Part shown: positions 26,924 to 42,629 of the stretch, piece after piece
Layout: each line of letters opens with the position of its first letter
How positions within the stretch are numbered: position 1 is the stretch's first letter
NCBI GenBank assembly: GCA_964016885.1
Contig: OZ024742.1
Span: 189,472,001-189,536,000 of the forward strand
Source of the DNA: Eledone cirrhosa
Lineage: Eukaryota
Direction of reading: 5' to 3'
Length of the DNA: 64,000 bases
Notes under the pieces: generated by a model
What the model saw: only the letters and a program-made list of their open reading frames with translations
Databases searched by the model: none
Told to the model about the DNA's origin: nothing
Made by a program: the position numbers and the translations under genes

Positions 26924-29900
26924 TTGATAAAGAAAGAAAGAAAGAAAAAGAAAATAACTGAGCTGATAATATTTTTCGGAAATCCAGCGCAAGTTGAACC
27001 ATTCCAAATCAATTATGTTCTGAGATCGAGCTTGATAGATCAATAAATTTCATGGCAGGAAATAAGATTAGATTATTCTAGAATCACTGAGTCAGTGAAT
27101 TGTCAAAGTAATTTGACATTTTCTTTGATGTCTCCACATTGATAGTGAATGATTCATGACAAGCGAGACTATTCAAAAATAGCAGCGGTCCTTCATATTA
27201 GTAGTCTGCCTTATTTTATGCTGGGAAACAAAATTTTAAAAAAGATTTGTTTGACATCTGTCATGTATTTAAAATCTTAACCGAGTGGTTCACTCACTCG
27301 CTCTGATTGATCGACATATTTTCAGACCTCATTTGCTTGCCGTGTGGGGTGGACCTTATCAAATTGGACCAAGGAAATGATGTATTCATTGATCTTTCCA
27401 TTGCTGATACTATCTACTGGTCACAACTCCTGGCAGAAGGAGCAATGTGAAATAAAGTGTCTTCTCAAGGACACAACACATCACCTGGTCCGAGATGGAT
27501 CTCGCAACCTCACGATTGTGAATCCAACTCTCTAACCATTAAGCCACGCACCTTCACCAAGTGGTTAAGAAGTTCAATTCACAACCATGATACCCTGGGT
27601 TCAGTCCCACCATCTGGAATCTAGAACAAGTGGGCTGTCCTTGTATTATATATCATGAAATAGATTTTAAACATGTATTTGATATTTGTCATATAACAGA
27701 GTCATTAAGAAGTTGATTTCACAATTATGAGGTCCCAGGCTTGATGTCACTACATATTATCTTGGGCAAGTGTCTTTTGCTATAGCCTTGACTTGACCCA
27801 AGACTTTTGATGGGAATTAGATAGACAGAATCTGTATGGAAGCCCCCATTAGATGGGCTGTACCTGTAGTTTAACATTTTAGCATTTAAACCAGCCATAT
27901 CTAGCCATATCTAGCCAGAATTCTCTCACCTCTTTCTCTTCAAACTGTTCATAACTGGCCCCTCATACTTATGTTAAGGTATTTTTCTCAAAATGAATAA
28001 TATCAAAATCTCATAGATTCAATATTATGAGATAATTAGGTGAGATAAAGCCTTTACCATGAAAATACAATAGTAAATATAGAGTAATGTAAATGCTAAA
28101 GGGTTAAAGAATGTCTGTCATTTTTCAATCTACATAGAAAAATGCAAATTCAACATGTTTACATGTCTGTATATTCAATGTGTATATTTATAGACACATG
28201 ACACAACAATCATGTTTAATCCTCTGCTCTATATGTACAAATACATATTAAAAGTGCAGCCTTGCCACACATTATTTCCTGCTGACTCTACATGAGAATT
28301 ACACTAAGTAAATAGGTATTTGTAGAAAAGTCAGCCACTTTGCAAGCTAATTCAATGTGTGTGTGTCACTCAATTTATGGTACAATTGAGTGCCCATACA
28401 TCATTCTTGAGTATCCATTATTCTCATCATATATAAATAGACAGATAGATGTTAATGTTGATTTATAGGTATATGAATAAAACCAAATATTTACTGTTAA
28501 TGTGGCATCATACATGTAATAGATTTATATTTATTATATATATTTTGGCTGACTGTTACTTGAGTTTTGGTGAAGCCAATGACTTTGGAGAAACATGAGT
28601 AATGTTCAACCAATATACATACATATATATCCAGCTATGGTAGAGCTAGTGCCATGGAATAAATTCATCCTCTACACCCTGTTAGGTGGTTGATGTTAGG
28701 AATGACATCCAGCTAGAGAAATCCATGCTGAATATGGAATGTATGAGTAAGATGAGGTTACTCCAACCTGTCTGGTCTTTAACCATGACAAGCTGTCCAA
28801 CCCATGTCAGCAAGAAAAGTGAACATAAAAATTATGAAGATGGTAATGATATGTCATAGCTTTGTATCTAAATTTAGATTAAATTCATTTGATAATACTT
28901 TGTAAAATTGGTGTTCCGTATCTCTAAGCAACAAGTAGTTGTCTCTTTACTCCAAAGATATATTTGTCAGATGTGTGAATCTGTAATATATTGACATCTG
29001 AACATTTGATGACATAAAACTGTTTGCATGACTGAATCTCTTCACTTATGCAGACTGGGGGAAAGGAAAGAATTACTTTGAATTCACCAAAATGAAAAAT
29101 GGTAATTCCAAGAGACAGTAGTTAGATAACTGAAATATTTCTTAGTGTAAGAAAAAAAGAAAACAAATTACAAGTATTTAGCCATGTCATGAGAATGAAT
29201 ATTAGATTGATGGATAGATGGTCTCATAACACCAGATGGAGTCCTAAAGGGGGCAGGAGTGTAGTGACATACAACACTGGCTGAGCTCATCCCTCTCCAA
29301 GCCTGAACACAGCATATTTCTTCCAGAAAAGCATAGAAAGTGAGAGGGAGGATGTGAAAGAGATATAGAAGGAAAATCAATCTCAATACTAGACTAATAC
29401 TTTTTTTTATCACCCTCAAACGGATGAAAGGCAAAGTTGACCTCAGTGGGATTTGAATTCAGAGAGCAGAGACCCAGAACAATTACTGTGAAGTATTCTA
29501 TCTGACATTCTCATGACTCTGCCAATTTGTCATCTTGGATCTTAACTGTAAAGTAAAAACAATGTAATTATGAACTGGCAATATTAAGGCAAAGAGGAGA
29601 TATGAAAAAGAAAATCATTCAATCTAAAAGAACAGCTGCATTGTGGTGAATTGTCAGAGTTGTTAGAATGTCAGATAGAATGCTTTGCTATATTTGTTTG
29701 GCCCTCTGCACCACTCAGAGTTCAAATCCTGCTTATGTTAATTCTGATTTTCATCCTTTCAGTGTTGATAACTTTATATCAGTCCAGGGGTGGGGTTGAA
29801 TTTCCCTCTCTCTCGCAGTTCAGACTTGGTGTGCACACTAAGCTCCACCATATTTAAATGCCCAAGACACATTGTATATGATCACAATAGTGCCCCTTGG

Positions 29901-30139
29901 ACTACATTAAGGAGTTCACTTCCCATAACCCTTTACAATAAGATATTTCTGGAAGAAATATACAATATTTCAGAGTACTTCAACTTATGTCAGATAGTTG
30001 ATGATGAGTATTGTAAAGGTTACATGTATGAAGTAGTTATTGTGAGGAAGTAAGGATTATACACATAAACTAGTTATGTTGAAGTTAGGATAAACATACA
30101 TGAAATATTTACCAAGATGAAGTAAAAATTACTTGTATA

Positions 30140-30510
30140 ATTCAGTTATGAAGTAATGATTACATGTATAAAGTGGTTATTATGAAGTAAGCATTACACA
30201 TATAAAGTAGTTATTATGAAGTAAGAATTACTTATATAATGTAGTTATTATGAAGTAAGGATTACTGATATAATGTAGTTATTATGAAGTAAGGATTACT
30301 GATATAATGTAGTTATTATGAAGTAAGGATTACTGATATAATGTAGTTATTATGAAATAAGGATTACATATATATAATGGTTATTATGATAAAGTAAGAA
30401 TTACATATATAAAGTAGTTATAAGAATTAGAGATTCCATGTATAAAGCAGTTATTATGATCAAGTGAAAACTACTTACCAAGTTGAAGTAAGGATTACAT
30501 GTGTAAAGTA
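30140..30510. repeat. 34-bp minisatellite (GTAGTTATTATGAAGTAAGGATTACTGATATAAT)
   Basis: Units at 30241, 30275 and 30309, with degenerate flanks. Confidence 0.9.
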
Positions 30511-31651
30511 TTTACCTAGATTAGGATAGAATGTTTGGGAATTGGATTCTGAAATTGGAAATACATTATTGGCTGTCAAATATACATTTGAGATCATTAC
30601 TCACTTGTATATATATTTGAGATCATTATTGACATGTAACTTAAACATTTCATTACTATATTTCTAAAGTAAGACATTGCCTGTGGTTTTCAAATAATAT
30701 TGAAAATAATCAAGAATTTGGAGGGATTTAAAATAACAAACAGTCTCATTATCAACATAATAAGTTCTTACATACATTTTTGAAGGAAGGTTTTTAGATA
30801 AATATAAACACTTTAAAAGCTTTGTATTATAGAATCAGGAGCAGTTTCAAATAGTTTAGTGTTGGTGCCCCAGCATGGCCTCAGCCAGATGTCTGGGACA
30901 GGTAAGCGAGTAAAAGAAATAATAATATAACTAATTTTTTTTTTATCAAGATGGAGTTTGGAACTTAAAAGTTCTTATATAAAATTGCAGAAGATTTTTT
31001 AGACAAATATAAACATTTAAAATTAGTTTTTGTATAATAAAACAAGGGAAAGTTTCTTGGAGGCTAGTAATGAAAGGGTTAAGCAATATTTTATGTCAAA
31101 TATAGTAAAACTTCACACCATGAAACACATCAATGATATCTGCTATGCATGAAACATCAAACATGCAATTTTTTCTCAAAATTTGCAATTGCTTCTTTTC
31201 CAAAATTTCGATTAATAGTTAACATTAACAAAATCATTTACCCAGAGCTGCCTAAACATTCTTTTAAATGTTTTTATTTACATTTAATTCTTTTTTTGAT
31301 TTTCTTGAAATATTGTATATTTTTTAATATAATGAATACAAGAAAGATGAAAAGATAAACTTAATAATAATTGCTTTTAATAATATCTTCAATTGCATTG
31401 TAATTTTATCAATGCTATGATTACATTCAATCCATAGATATTCTTCCATATCTTTAAGTAGAAGAACTGAAATGAAATGAGACCTGAAGTCAACTACATA
31501 ATTCACAGAGCAGATGCTGTTAACACACACAGGCACTCACACACATACATCATGCACACACACATGTCCCACAACACACACCTACATTCATGGATATTCA
31601 CAAACAAACAAAAAACATGTTCTTAAAAAGGTTATATGCAAAACATTTACA

Positions 31652-31690
<39 letters not shown>

Positions 31691-31854
31691 GCATTTGTCT
31701 GATGCCCTAACAATTCGTTCTCAAATCAGCCATCTTTGTTGGTAATGATGGTAATGTTGATGGCTAGATGATAGTCACAGATATAAATACTCCATAGCTA
31801 CTATATAAGAATAGTCAGTTCCAGTCTCTGAAAATTCAACTATATTACCACACA

Positions 31855-32432
31855 ACGTCTGTACTACACCATACTATACTACACCATCCAAAATTTATAT
31901 TATACTACACTATACTGTTCTACATTACACAAAGTCTATATTATACTACACTATACAATTCTATACCACACAAAGTGTATATTATACTACACCATACTAC
32001 ACTATAGAACACAAAGTCTATATTATACTACACTATACTATGCCACACAAAGTCTATATTACTCTACACTATACTATTCTACATCACACAAAGTCTATAT
32101 AACATTACACTACACTATAATAAACTACACAAAAATCTGTACAATTCTATACTACACAAAGTGTATATTATACTACACCATACTACACTATAGAACACAA
32201 AGTCTATATTATACTACACTATACTATGTCACACAAAGTCTATATTACTCTACACTATACTATTCTACACCACTCAAAATCTATATAACATTACACTGCA
32301 CTATACTACACCACACACAACCTATATTACATTACACTACATTATGCTACACCACACAAAATCTATATTACATTACACTACACTATTCTATACCACACAA
32401 AGCCTATATCATACTTCACTATACTACATCAT
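31855..32432. repeat. Degenerate tandem repeat of about 36-41 bp (CACACAAAGTCTATATTATACTACACTATACT..)
   Basis: Recurring ACACAAAGTCTATATT motif. Confidence 0.88.
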
Positions 32433-33366
32433 ACAATCCTTTATTCATTATAACTAATGCTATGTCGGTGTCTTGATGATAATCTGTTTATCTGATGGAT
32501 GTCAGAATAATGATGTTTCCTAGTAAGTCTTTGTCAACTGGTCAACTGATTAATGTAGTCAAGACATCATTGATTATTTCATCCGACAGATGTTGATTGT
32601 AGAAACTATACAATAAGGAAATCTTCTCCTTCGTATTATAATTAGGTTTTTAGGAGAATTAGACTGGATTCTTGGGATGATCCACTCTCTTCTTATATTT
32701 TTAAACAAACCAAATCAACAAAGGAAATAAAGACTCCTATGATTAATTAATCCAATATTTTACTACGTATAGAAATACAATATAGAGAGAAAGAGAACAG
32801 CCAGCTGTAATGTTTAAGGGAGTCCTGCTCTATATTCTTTGAACAAATGAAACAAAACAAACACAGGGATGCAAAAATATTAAGTCTTATTAGGTTTATG
32901 CATAGAGGAATTGAAGGAGGGTTCTATGTTTTGGACAGAAGTCCTTCGGTAAGAAAGTTTGGATAGGGAGAGAACAGGTAGGTACATGAAAGTTGTTATA
33001 TGAAAGTTTTGTAAAGATAGGTACATGGAAGTTAGGAAAAGGTTGTTAGATTGGGGGTAGTAGGCAAAAGGTCTAGCATATCATATTCTTTGGTACAGGG
33101 TAAATTAAGCTTATCTGTTTAAACTAAAACAAGGGGCAAAATTGTATTAAGAGGAAATGAAATTCAAGTAATTCTTTTAGTCAATAGACTGTGGCTAAGC
33201 TGGATCACAGCCATCAAGAAATTTAGTTAATCACACCAAACCCAGTACTTTTGTTTTTAAGTCTGATACTTATTTTATTGATCTCTGTTTGACATACCAC
33301 ATAAAAAAATTAATATAAACACAGAAACAGGCCCACTCACATACACATGCATGCCCCCCCCCCCCT

Positions 33367-33406
<40 letters not shown>

Positions 33407-34106
33407 GAATTTTGGAGAGATTTTGCAAAAGGGCTCGGAGAACTATTCAAGAGCATGACAACTTCTCTAGTGTTGGTGACATGATAAAATGCACCCTGTA
33501 CACTCTGTAAAATGGTTGGTGATACAAAGGGCATCCAGCCATAGAAAACTTGCCAAATAGTTGTTGCAAAAAAGTATAACAACCTCTCTAATGTTAGTGT
33601 CACCATAAAATCCAAGATTGGTACCACTCTGTAGAATACAAGAAGAATGAACTTTGAGTCAGTATTGACTTGTTCTGTGAAGACCCACTTAACACTTGAT
33701 GGCAGGGAAAATGGACATTAAGTGATGATGATGATGATGATGATGTGGTGGTGGAAAGTATTAGCTTTAAACATAATTTTATTTCTAGCATTAGGCTTAA
33801 TGTTCTTTCTTAATTAAATGCTCCCATATGGTGTCCATATTTATATCAGGCCTACTATAATCATCACATACACTCGTGGTGATATGTCAGTATGCACCAT
33901 GCTTCTGTCCATCCAGCAAAACATACAGGTTGTAACAGCTGAAAGGAGAGAGAGAATATAACATGACCTTGATATGAGGAAAAGCAAAGTGAACATCTGT
34001 AGGATTTGAACTCTGAGTACAGAGAGCCAAAACAAATAACTAACAGTGTAGCAACTCTACTAAATTGATTGCCATTATGTTAGCATATAGAGGAGGGTTA
34101 TCATAG

Positions 34107-34290
34107 TGGATTGGCAGTATCGGTAGAGGGTCGGACGCCATGCTTTCCAGCATAGTTACGTCCCTTTACGATCTGAGTTCAAATCCCGCCGAGGTTGACT
34201 TTGCCTTTCATCCTTACGCGGTCGATAAAATAAAGTACCAGTAATGCACTGGGTAATTGCTGGCCATGTGCCTAAAGTAGAAACAGTTAT
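34107..34290 (+). mobile_element. SINE family A copy
   Basis: A and B boxes, core and tail, near-identical to 22695-22885. Confidence 0.88.
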
Positions 34291-36887
34291 CATAACCAAG
34301 CATCATCATCATCATTTAATGTCTATTTGCCAAGCATGCATGGGTTGGACAGAATATTACATTCTGAGATTAGATATAGCATGCATAAGGGGTTGTTAAA
34401 ACATCAGAAAAATACTGTGGAATTCAATTTTGACCTTTTATGTTCTGAGATCAAATTCTGCTGGGGTCAACTTTGTATTCCACTATTTAGGGGTTGATAG
34501 AATAAAGTACCAGTCAAGTACTGGGTTCAATTTAATCAATATTCTCCTTCTCTTTCAAATTACTGACTATGACTGTGCCTGAATTATTTTAGGTATAATA
34601 AGAAGACATTGGCTTAACTTTTCCATTACTGTTTTTTAAATAATATTGAAAATAATCAAGAGTTAGGAGGCATTTAGTAATATAACTTTCTCATTATTAA
34701 GATAGTGTTTGGAACATAAGTTAACAAAGGTCTTTACATAAAATCATGAAAAAGTTTCAGATAAACATGAGCATTTTAAAACTTAACAAGATTAGAATGG
34801 TTGACCCTGTATAAATAGCTATAATAATAGTTCATCACTCTAAATAATATTTGAGAAAATCATGCAAAGTATCCTTGAAGACAGAAAAAATGGACAGAGA
34901 ATTGCACCCCACATCTACCAAATGTTGGGTGAGTGGATGTATTAACTCACACTCCTGGGATACAAAAGATGCCAGCTTCAGCATCAGAGAGATTTGGGGT
35001 TCAATTCCGTACAGGTGCCTCTATATACTTTTTACTGTCTCTGGGAGATACTTTTCTTGATTTTCTAAAAGATTATTGATAGTGATCAACTATTATTATA
35101 CTCATTTCAAATTTCAAGTTTTCCCAATGTTTCTTAAATCAATCAGATTTTCAAAAGTTTTAGTAGCATAGAATCAAGTGTGGTTTCTGATGGCTTGGTA
35201 TCAAAAGGGTTAAAATTGTATATTCCTAAATACAACAACAATTTGTTTAATTATTTATGGGTTTCAGCTGGCATTGGTTTAAAAGATTGTTATGGTACAT
35301 CCAATCTCTTTAATAATTCAGAAGTTTCAATATTCAACACTTTTGATTAAATTGCAACAAAAATGAAGAAGCTGATCATTAGATAAGAGCAAAGATAGAA
35401 TATTTTTGTTGGTTTTTCTATAATTGATACTATCTACCAGTCACAACTCCTGGCTGAAGATAGGAGCCAATTATCAGATTGGACCAAAGAGCCAATGTTT
35501 CCATTGGTCTTTCCATTGCTGATACTTTCTGCCAGTTGCAAATGAAACAACAAAAAAACAAACCATATGGGTTGTTTATGGCCTACATTCGTAGAAAGAA
35601 GCATTTAAACCAAAAGATTATTCCTAACAGGTGCTAGAGTCAATTGATATTATTAATAATGATATAGAGAGGTAGATCTATTGATCTGACAAAAAATAGA
35701 CTTGTTGTCAGCAGTAATAGTATTTATTTCATTTGATACAGTTGAAAGAATAAAAAAAAAAGCAATATCAGCAACATTTCTTTATTTGAGGTCAGTGTGG
35801 GAAAGTAGAATGAAGATTCAATAATTATAGTGTCATATTAATTTAATTAAAGCAATTAAACAATTTTTAATTATTCATTTTTATCTTACAGTAATTTTCA
35901 TGATATTCAGGACCCACAAAATAAGTATTCATAAAATATATATAAAAACAATTGTATATGTTATCTTGGTGAATTACTTCTTGGGTAAACATTTATATGG
36001 GTAACACGCATTGAGAGGGTAAAGATCCCCTTTGGTTATGAATGACAATGAGATTTGTACCTAGAAAGTACTCCTCAGAAGCACATGTCCATGCAAGGTT
36101 TGTTTGTGGATGACCAACAGTTGCCCGTGCATGCCAGTCTCCTCCACTCCATGCCACCGATGTTGTCCAACGGAAAGGCACACATCTATATAGTTAACTC
36201 ATATTTGGATGAGTAATTCATTCGTGAATACATAGATAACTTTATGTAGATGGGTAACTGATCTTTAGATGGATAACTTATATTTAATACTTATATCTAT
36301 TGATCTTTCCATTGTTGATAAGTTGGGTAACGTGTATTAGCGGGGTAAGTTATGTAGCTGGGTAAGGGACATTAAGGTGGGTAAGTTATATTAAGGTGGG
36401 TAACTTATATTAGCTGGATAACTTATATCAGCTAGGTAAGTTATATTAAGATGGGTAAATTATATTATCAACCACTTTCATGGATCAGATGATCAGTTGA
36501 TTAAACAATTGAATACACATTGTCAAAGCTGGTGGATGTAATATAAATATATTTATATTCACTATCAGTGACATTATTTACAATGACATAGCTGTGTCCT
36601 CTTTAACATTATACAACATCAGTGTGGAAGGAGAGACCATCAAATCTTAATGTTCATATTTCAAGTATTTACATTTTCCCCCTGTAATTTCAATTAATCA
36701 CACACACACAAACACATGCATATATATAGGACCCATCCCACCCTTGCAAGCAGGGAAAGGAGGATGTAAAATGATGATGATGATAATTATATATATATAT
36801 ATGTATATCAAAGGTATATATTCAGTTAGAAACTCAAAATAGTCCCTTACAATTAAATAGTTCAAGGAAAGAGATTTTTCTGAGCCG

Positions 36888-37149
36888 TATACTATAATTG
36901 AATGTAAAAGAAAGATAGCTACATATATGTGTTCAAATCATAAGGGACCAGACTCGCTAGGGTGAAAAAAATACTAACTAAGATCAATAGGGTTTGCCAG
37001 ACGCAATTTAAAAGAATAAATCAAGAAAATAAATACAAACCGATATTGGCGTAACTATTTTTTTTCACCCTAGTGAGTCTGGTCCCTTACGATTTGAACA
37101 CATATATGTATATATCTGTGTTTATCTCTCTCTTTTATATTCAATTATA

Positions 37150-37153
<4 letters not shown>
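36888..37153. repeat. Fold-back inverted repeat abutting a (TA)n tract
   Basis: Arms about 36888-36996 and 37036-37153. For example, GTTCAAATCATAAGGGACCAGACTCGCTAGGGTGAAAA pairs with TTTTCACCCTAGTGAGTCTGGTCCCTTACGATTTGAAC. Confidence 0.88.
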
Positions 37154-37222
<69 letters not shown>

Positions 37223-38199
37223 CATACTTACATATGTGCACATGCACACATATTTTGGAAATGTAAAAATACACCATTGAAATGCACACTTTGACAATGT
37301 TAACCAGTCAAACAATGCAAGAGAAACTTCACCCATCAAGATTCAGATATACCTTTATACAACCACTATCATCATCATCCCCATTTAACGTCCATTTTTC
37401 CACACTAGTATGGGTTAGATAATTAAAGTCTAAAAATCTACCTTAACCCTTTAGCATTTACATTACTCTATATATATACTATTGTACTTTTGTGGTAAAG
37501 GCTTTACCACATATATCTCACATAATATCGAATCTATGAGATTTTGATGTCATTTACTTTGAGAACAATACCTTAACATCAGTATGAGTAGCAAGTTATA
37601 GCCAGTTTGAACAGAGAGAGGTGAGTGAGAGAATCCTGGCCAGATACAGCCAGTTTAAATGCTAAAAGGGCTATGGTAGAAGGCTCATTAGGCTGGTGCT
37701 TATCCCTGTTTCAAGACTTCCCCCTTGATAGGCTGCCAGTCCATTGTAGGGTTAACCCTCAACTATTGCTGGTACTCATTTTCAGCTAAGTATATTGGAA
37801 CAATGTGAAATGAAGTGTTTTGCTCAAGAACACAACACGCAACCCAGCCCAGGAATCGAACCCATGACATTATCATCATCAGTTTAACACCCTTGCCACT
37901 AGGTCACACACCTCCACATTAGATGATTACCATATGTATAATATTTCCTACTCAGGCACGCACTTACCTCTCATTTGGCATCATAATTACATTCATAAAT
38001 GGTGTTCATATACAAAATATTCCCCCATACACCATATATACTCTTGTATAAGACACACCTTCTTTCACAATAATACAATATGAAAGACCAGTATGTTACA
38101 TACATTATGTAGCTAAAAAACATCAATTCAAAATATATGATACTTTGTAAATGTTATATATTTAATTGTGCATTAATCAACCAAAATATATGATAAATG

Positions 38200-38995
38200 C
38201 ATATCTGTTCATATACAATACAAGATTAACTGAACCAGACTAAATACATATCTGTTCATATACAATACAAGATTAACTGAGCCAGACTAAATACATATCT
38301 GTTCATATACAATACAAGATTAACTGAGCCAGACTAAATACATATCTGTTCATATACAATACAAGATTAACTGAGCCTGACTAAATACATATCTGTTCAT
38401 ATACAATACAAGATTAACTGAGCCAGACTAAATACATATCTGTTCATATACAATACAAGATTAACTGAGCCAGACTAAATACATATCTGTTCATATACAA
38501 TACAAGATTAACTGAGCCTGACTAAATACATATCTGTTCATATACAATACAAGATTAACTGAGCCAGACTAAATACATATCTGTTCATATACAATACAAG
38601 ATTAACTGAGCCTGACTAAATACATATCTGTTCATATACAATACAAGATTAACTGAGCCAGACTAAATACATATCTGTTCATATACAATACAAGATTAAC
38701 TGAGCCAGACTAAATACATATCTGTTCATATACAATACAAGATTAACTGAGCCTGACTAAATACATATCTGTTCATATACAATACAAGATTAACTGAGCC
38801 AGACTAAATACATATCTGTTCATATACAATACAAGATTAACTGAGCCTGACTAAATACATATCTGTTCATATGCAATACAAGATTAACTGAGCCAGACTA
38901 AATACATATCTGTTCATATACAATACAAGATTAACTGAGCCTGACTAAATACATACCTGGTCATATGCAATATTAGATTAACTGAACTTGACTAG
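38200..38995. repeat. 47-bp minisatellite, about 17 copies (CATATCTGTTCATATACAATACAAGATTAACTGAGCCWGACTAAATA)
   Basis: Units at 38341, 38388 and onward, nearly identical, no spacers. Confidence 0.97.
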
Positions 38996-39198
38996 ATATG
39001 TATAAAGATATACAAATCAAGTATCTAGACATGTAAAAGTCAAATTTACATATTTCCCCACAGATTAAAAACATGTTAAATATTCTTAACCAATTTTCAA
39101 TCTTGAAGATAAGGGTAAAAAATCGTTTAAGGATGTTCAGCAATTTTTCAATCTATAGGGAAATATACAAAATTGATATATTTACATGTTTATACACT

Positions 39199-39234
<36 letters not shown>

Positions 39235-40564
39235 GTTCACACATTCTAAGTTAATCTTCTACTGTATATGTACAGATATATATTTATTGTAAATATTGTA
39301 TGTGAAATGGAGGTGTAATTTATAGTAAAATATATGTAGTAATACACATCATATACTCATACACACTAATACATTGTATATACACATACACACTAATACA
39401 TTGCATATATACATTGCATATATACGGCGAAACACTCCATATACACATACATCATAAAAAACTCCATATACATATATGCTATGAAAAACTCCACATACAG
39501 TATAATGGGATAGAATATTAATAACCTGATATAGTTACCACCAAGTGATGTGTGATGAAACAAAAACTTTCCACCAAAGTCACATTCATTTGTTCATCTC
39601 TTCAACTTATCTGTTTACAGTATTTTAAAATTTATGACACAGTTGTTAGAGTGTTGAACTAAATGCCTTGGTATTTGTTCAAGCTCCTTTGCTCAAAGTT
39701 CAAATCCTGTTCAGGTCAACTTTGACTTTTATCCTTTTGTGATCAATAAATAAAGTACCTGTCCTGGAGTGGAAGAGTTGGATGGAATGCTTTGCTCTAT
39801 CTGATCTAGCTCTATGGTTTCTGAGTTCAAATCTCACCCTCTCCTGCCAGGAATTGTGACCAAAGGAATCTGTTTCCTTAGTCTGATCTAACAATTGGCT
39901 TCTGTCTTTTTAAGTTCAAATTTAAAACACTACATCACCAACAACAAATACAAATGAAAATCTTTAGAGTATCAAATTGAATGAAATCAACTTATATATT
40001 GTATAATTTGAAGAAAAAAATATTTAATTTATGTATATATGAATTTATTATATATTCAGTCTTTCATCTTTCTTTAAAAAAATATAACTTTAATGAAAAA
40101 TAAATCTAAACCATAGTAATAATAAATTTATTATTTTAAAGAGCCAGCATATTATTTTTTGAAAAGTTTGTAAATATTAATAAATTAATTCATTCCACAT
40201 AATTATAAATTGTATACTAAAAAAATTAACTTTCATATAACTTCAGTGTAATATCCTACATATATTTGCTACATTGTGATTCTTAAATTTCCTTAATTTT
40301 CTTCCTTTAGTTTCATTCTTTTCTTTCCATATATTGTTATCTTATGTTTTTTGTAAAAGGCTGGCTCTATACTATATCGTTGGGTGTCTATTTCTGTAGC
40401 AGATATGAATGATTTACTAGGACTTATTATATATATGTATATACTGATTTTTCTCTTTTCATTTTCGATTTAAGAAAAGAAAAGAATCCCCCTTGCCCCA
40501 TTATTCTTAAGTAAGTGTCTTATATGTGTGTATATAAATATGTGTATATGTATATATATAAATA

Positions 40565-40649
<85 letters not shown>

Positions 40650-41590
40650 GTATATATATAGGTAAATTTCTTTCAACATATCCCAGTGAAAGCTTTTTAA
40701 TAACTACATTTTGAATATTAAAAGAGAAAAAAAATCACATTAAGATTATTTTCTAACCAAGTGGCTCATGAGACCAGAGCAGACCATACTCTGGTTTCAT
40801 ATGGCATTAGGAGACTGAGAGTAGAAGATCCCCTATGCTGGATTAGATGCCAGTCCATTGCAGTGCTAACCCTGTCTTGCTGCTGGTACTTATTTTCAGC
40901 AGAAAACCAATGTGAAATGAAGTGTCTTGCTCAAGGACACAATATCCAACCCAGCTTCAGAATCGAACCTATGGTCTTATAATTCAAAACTCAACACCCT
41001 AACCTCTGGGCCACACAACATCAAATATATTTTGCATGCTTGGTATCAAAATTCCATGGTGTGAATAAATGAAGTAATAATATTACATTTATATCTATAT
41101 TAGATGTAAAAGACTTGACTTAGTTACTGATGAAACTTAGACATAAGTATTTACTGCAACACTGGTATCATTTATTGAAAATAGTGAGATTAACAATGAC
41201 TTCCAGCATTCTTGGCCTCTGGATCACATCCTTCCTCACTGCTATCAGAGTGGAGTTGGCCACCAACAGGTGCAAGCCCCCTGAGGTGGAGTGGCTCTTC
41301 TAGAGCCACTCCCTCGCCATCCTCTTGGGAAATGTATTCACTGTTAATGTAATTTGAAAGTCAGATCAGCATGATACAAAATGTGACAAGGCATTCCATC
41401 TGATAAGCTACCAACAGTTTCTGTACAACTAATTTCACTTATAAGGGTTGGGTTGACTTGACGCTGTCATAGAAGGAACTTGCCTAAAAGGCCACATGGT
41501 AGGATCAAATCTGGAACTTCATGATTGTGAAGCAAACTTTTTATTTATTCGGTCATGCCTTCTTCTCCCCCACCTCCCTCTCTCTATCTA

Positions 41591-41660
<70 letters not shown>

Positions 41661-41988
41661 TAGATGTAGATGTATAACTACAGCTGTCCCATGCAATTGA
41701 GTATGACATGGTAGTATATATCATGCTTTCTGAAAGGGTAGGGACCAGTGCAGATGTGAGCAGATACAGACACTCTCTTGAACATCTCTCCCTTGATTCA
41801 GTGTAACATCCAAAAGATGACAGCTGGAAGGAAAGAGGGCTGGCCTGGTAGTCTCTTTATTGACCCTGAAAGGATGAAAAGCAAAGTGGACAACAGTATG
41901 ATTTGACCTTGAAATACAAAGACCCAGAACAAATATTTCAATGCTTAATCTACCACCAAATCTACCACCTACCACCTATAGGTGTATA

Positions 41989-42236
41989 CAAGAGGCATAA
42001 CTAGGGTATGGCAAATATGGCATGTGTCATGGGCACCACATGAAGAGGGCACCACTTGGACTAGGAGCACATTCTATTAAAGTCAAATAAGTCTCATCAT
42101 GGGTGAGAACACTATGGTGGCTGGGTCGTTAAACCATTTATATAAATTAATAGCCCCATAGGCAAAAATACTGTGCTGAGCAGGGGCACAATTTCACTGC
42201 TTTCCCAAGGTGCTATTTTCCCTAGTTATTCTACTG
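41989..42236. mobile_element. hAT-like MITE with imperfect TIRs CAAGAGGCATAACTAGGG / CCCTAGTTATTCTACTG
   Basis: Terminal inverted repeats and internal GGGCACC motifs. No clear 8-bp target-site duplication. Confidence 0.55.
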
Positions 42237-42629
42237 TATAACATATAAATAAAACCTAACAGTTATATATATACAAGCTTTTCACTGGAATATATACATA
42301 TTACATATGTATCCACACATATTTGTACATATATACATTTGTATATTTTAAATAAAGTAAAGACACAATGGCAAAGAATATAAAACAAGTCTGAGAGGAT
42401 GTTTACCATTTATTCTTCTTCATTGTGTCCACTCTGTATCTTCCAATCTTACTTTTTAAAAATACAGATGTGTTGACTTTGTGATCAATCCAATTAAATT
42501 TCCAAACTGAATTGAATCATGTATGTATTCTACTGACAAGATAAACATGGCTCAATTCAGAGAATTATCCTTCTTGTACTTTTAATATTAATATTATTAT
42601 TATTATCATCATTATTGTTGTTATTTAAA

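Noticed and set aside
26750-27340. Non-repetitive stretch that might be a host exon or regulatory region
   Set aside because: No ORF, splice pattern or motif that I can support from sequence alone.
32921-32955. Hammerhead-like CGAAGGAC-TTCT-GTCC-AAAAC on the minus strand
   Set aside because: Good stem II, but both CTGA and GAAA are mutated.
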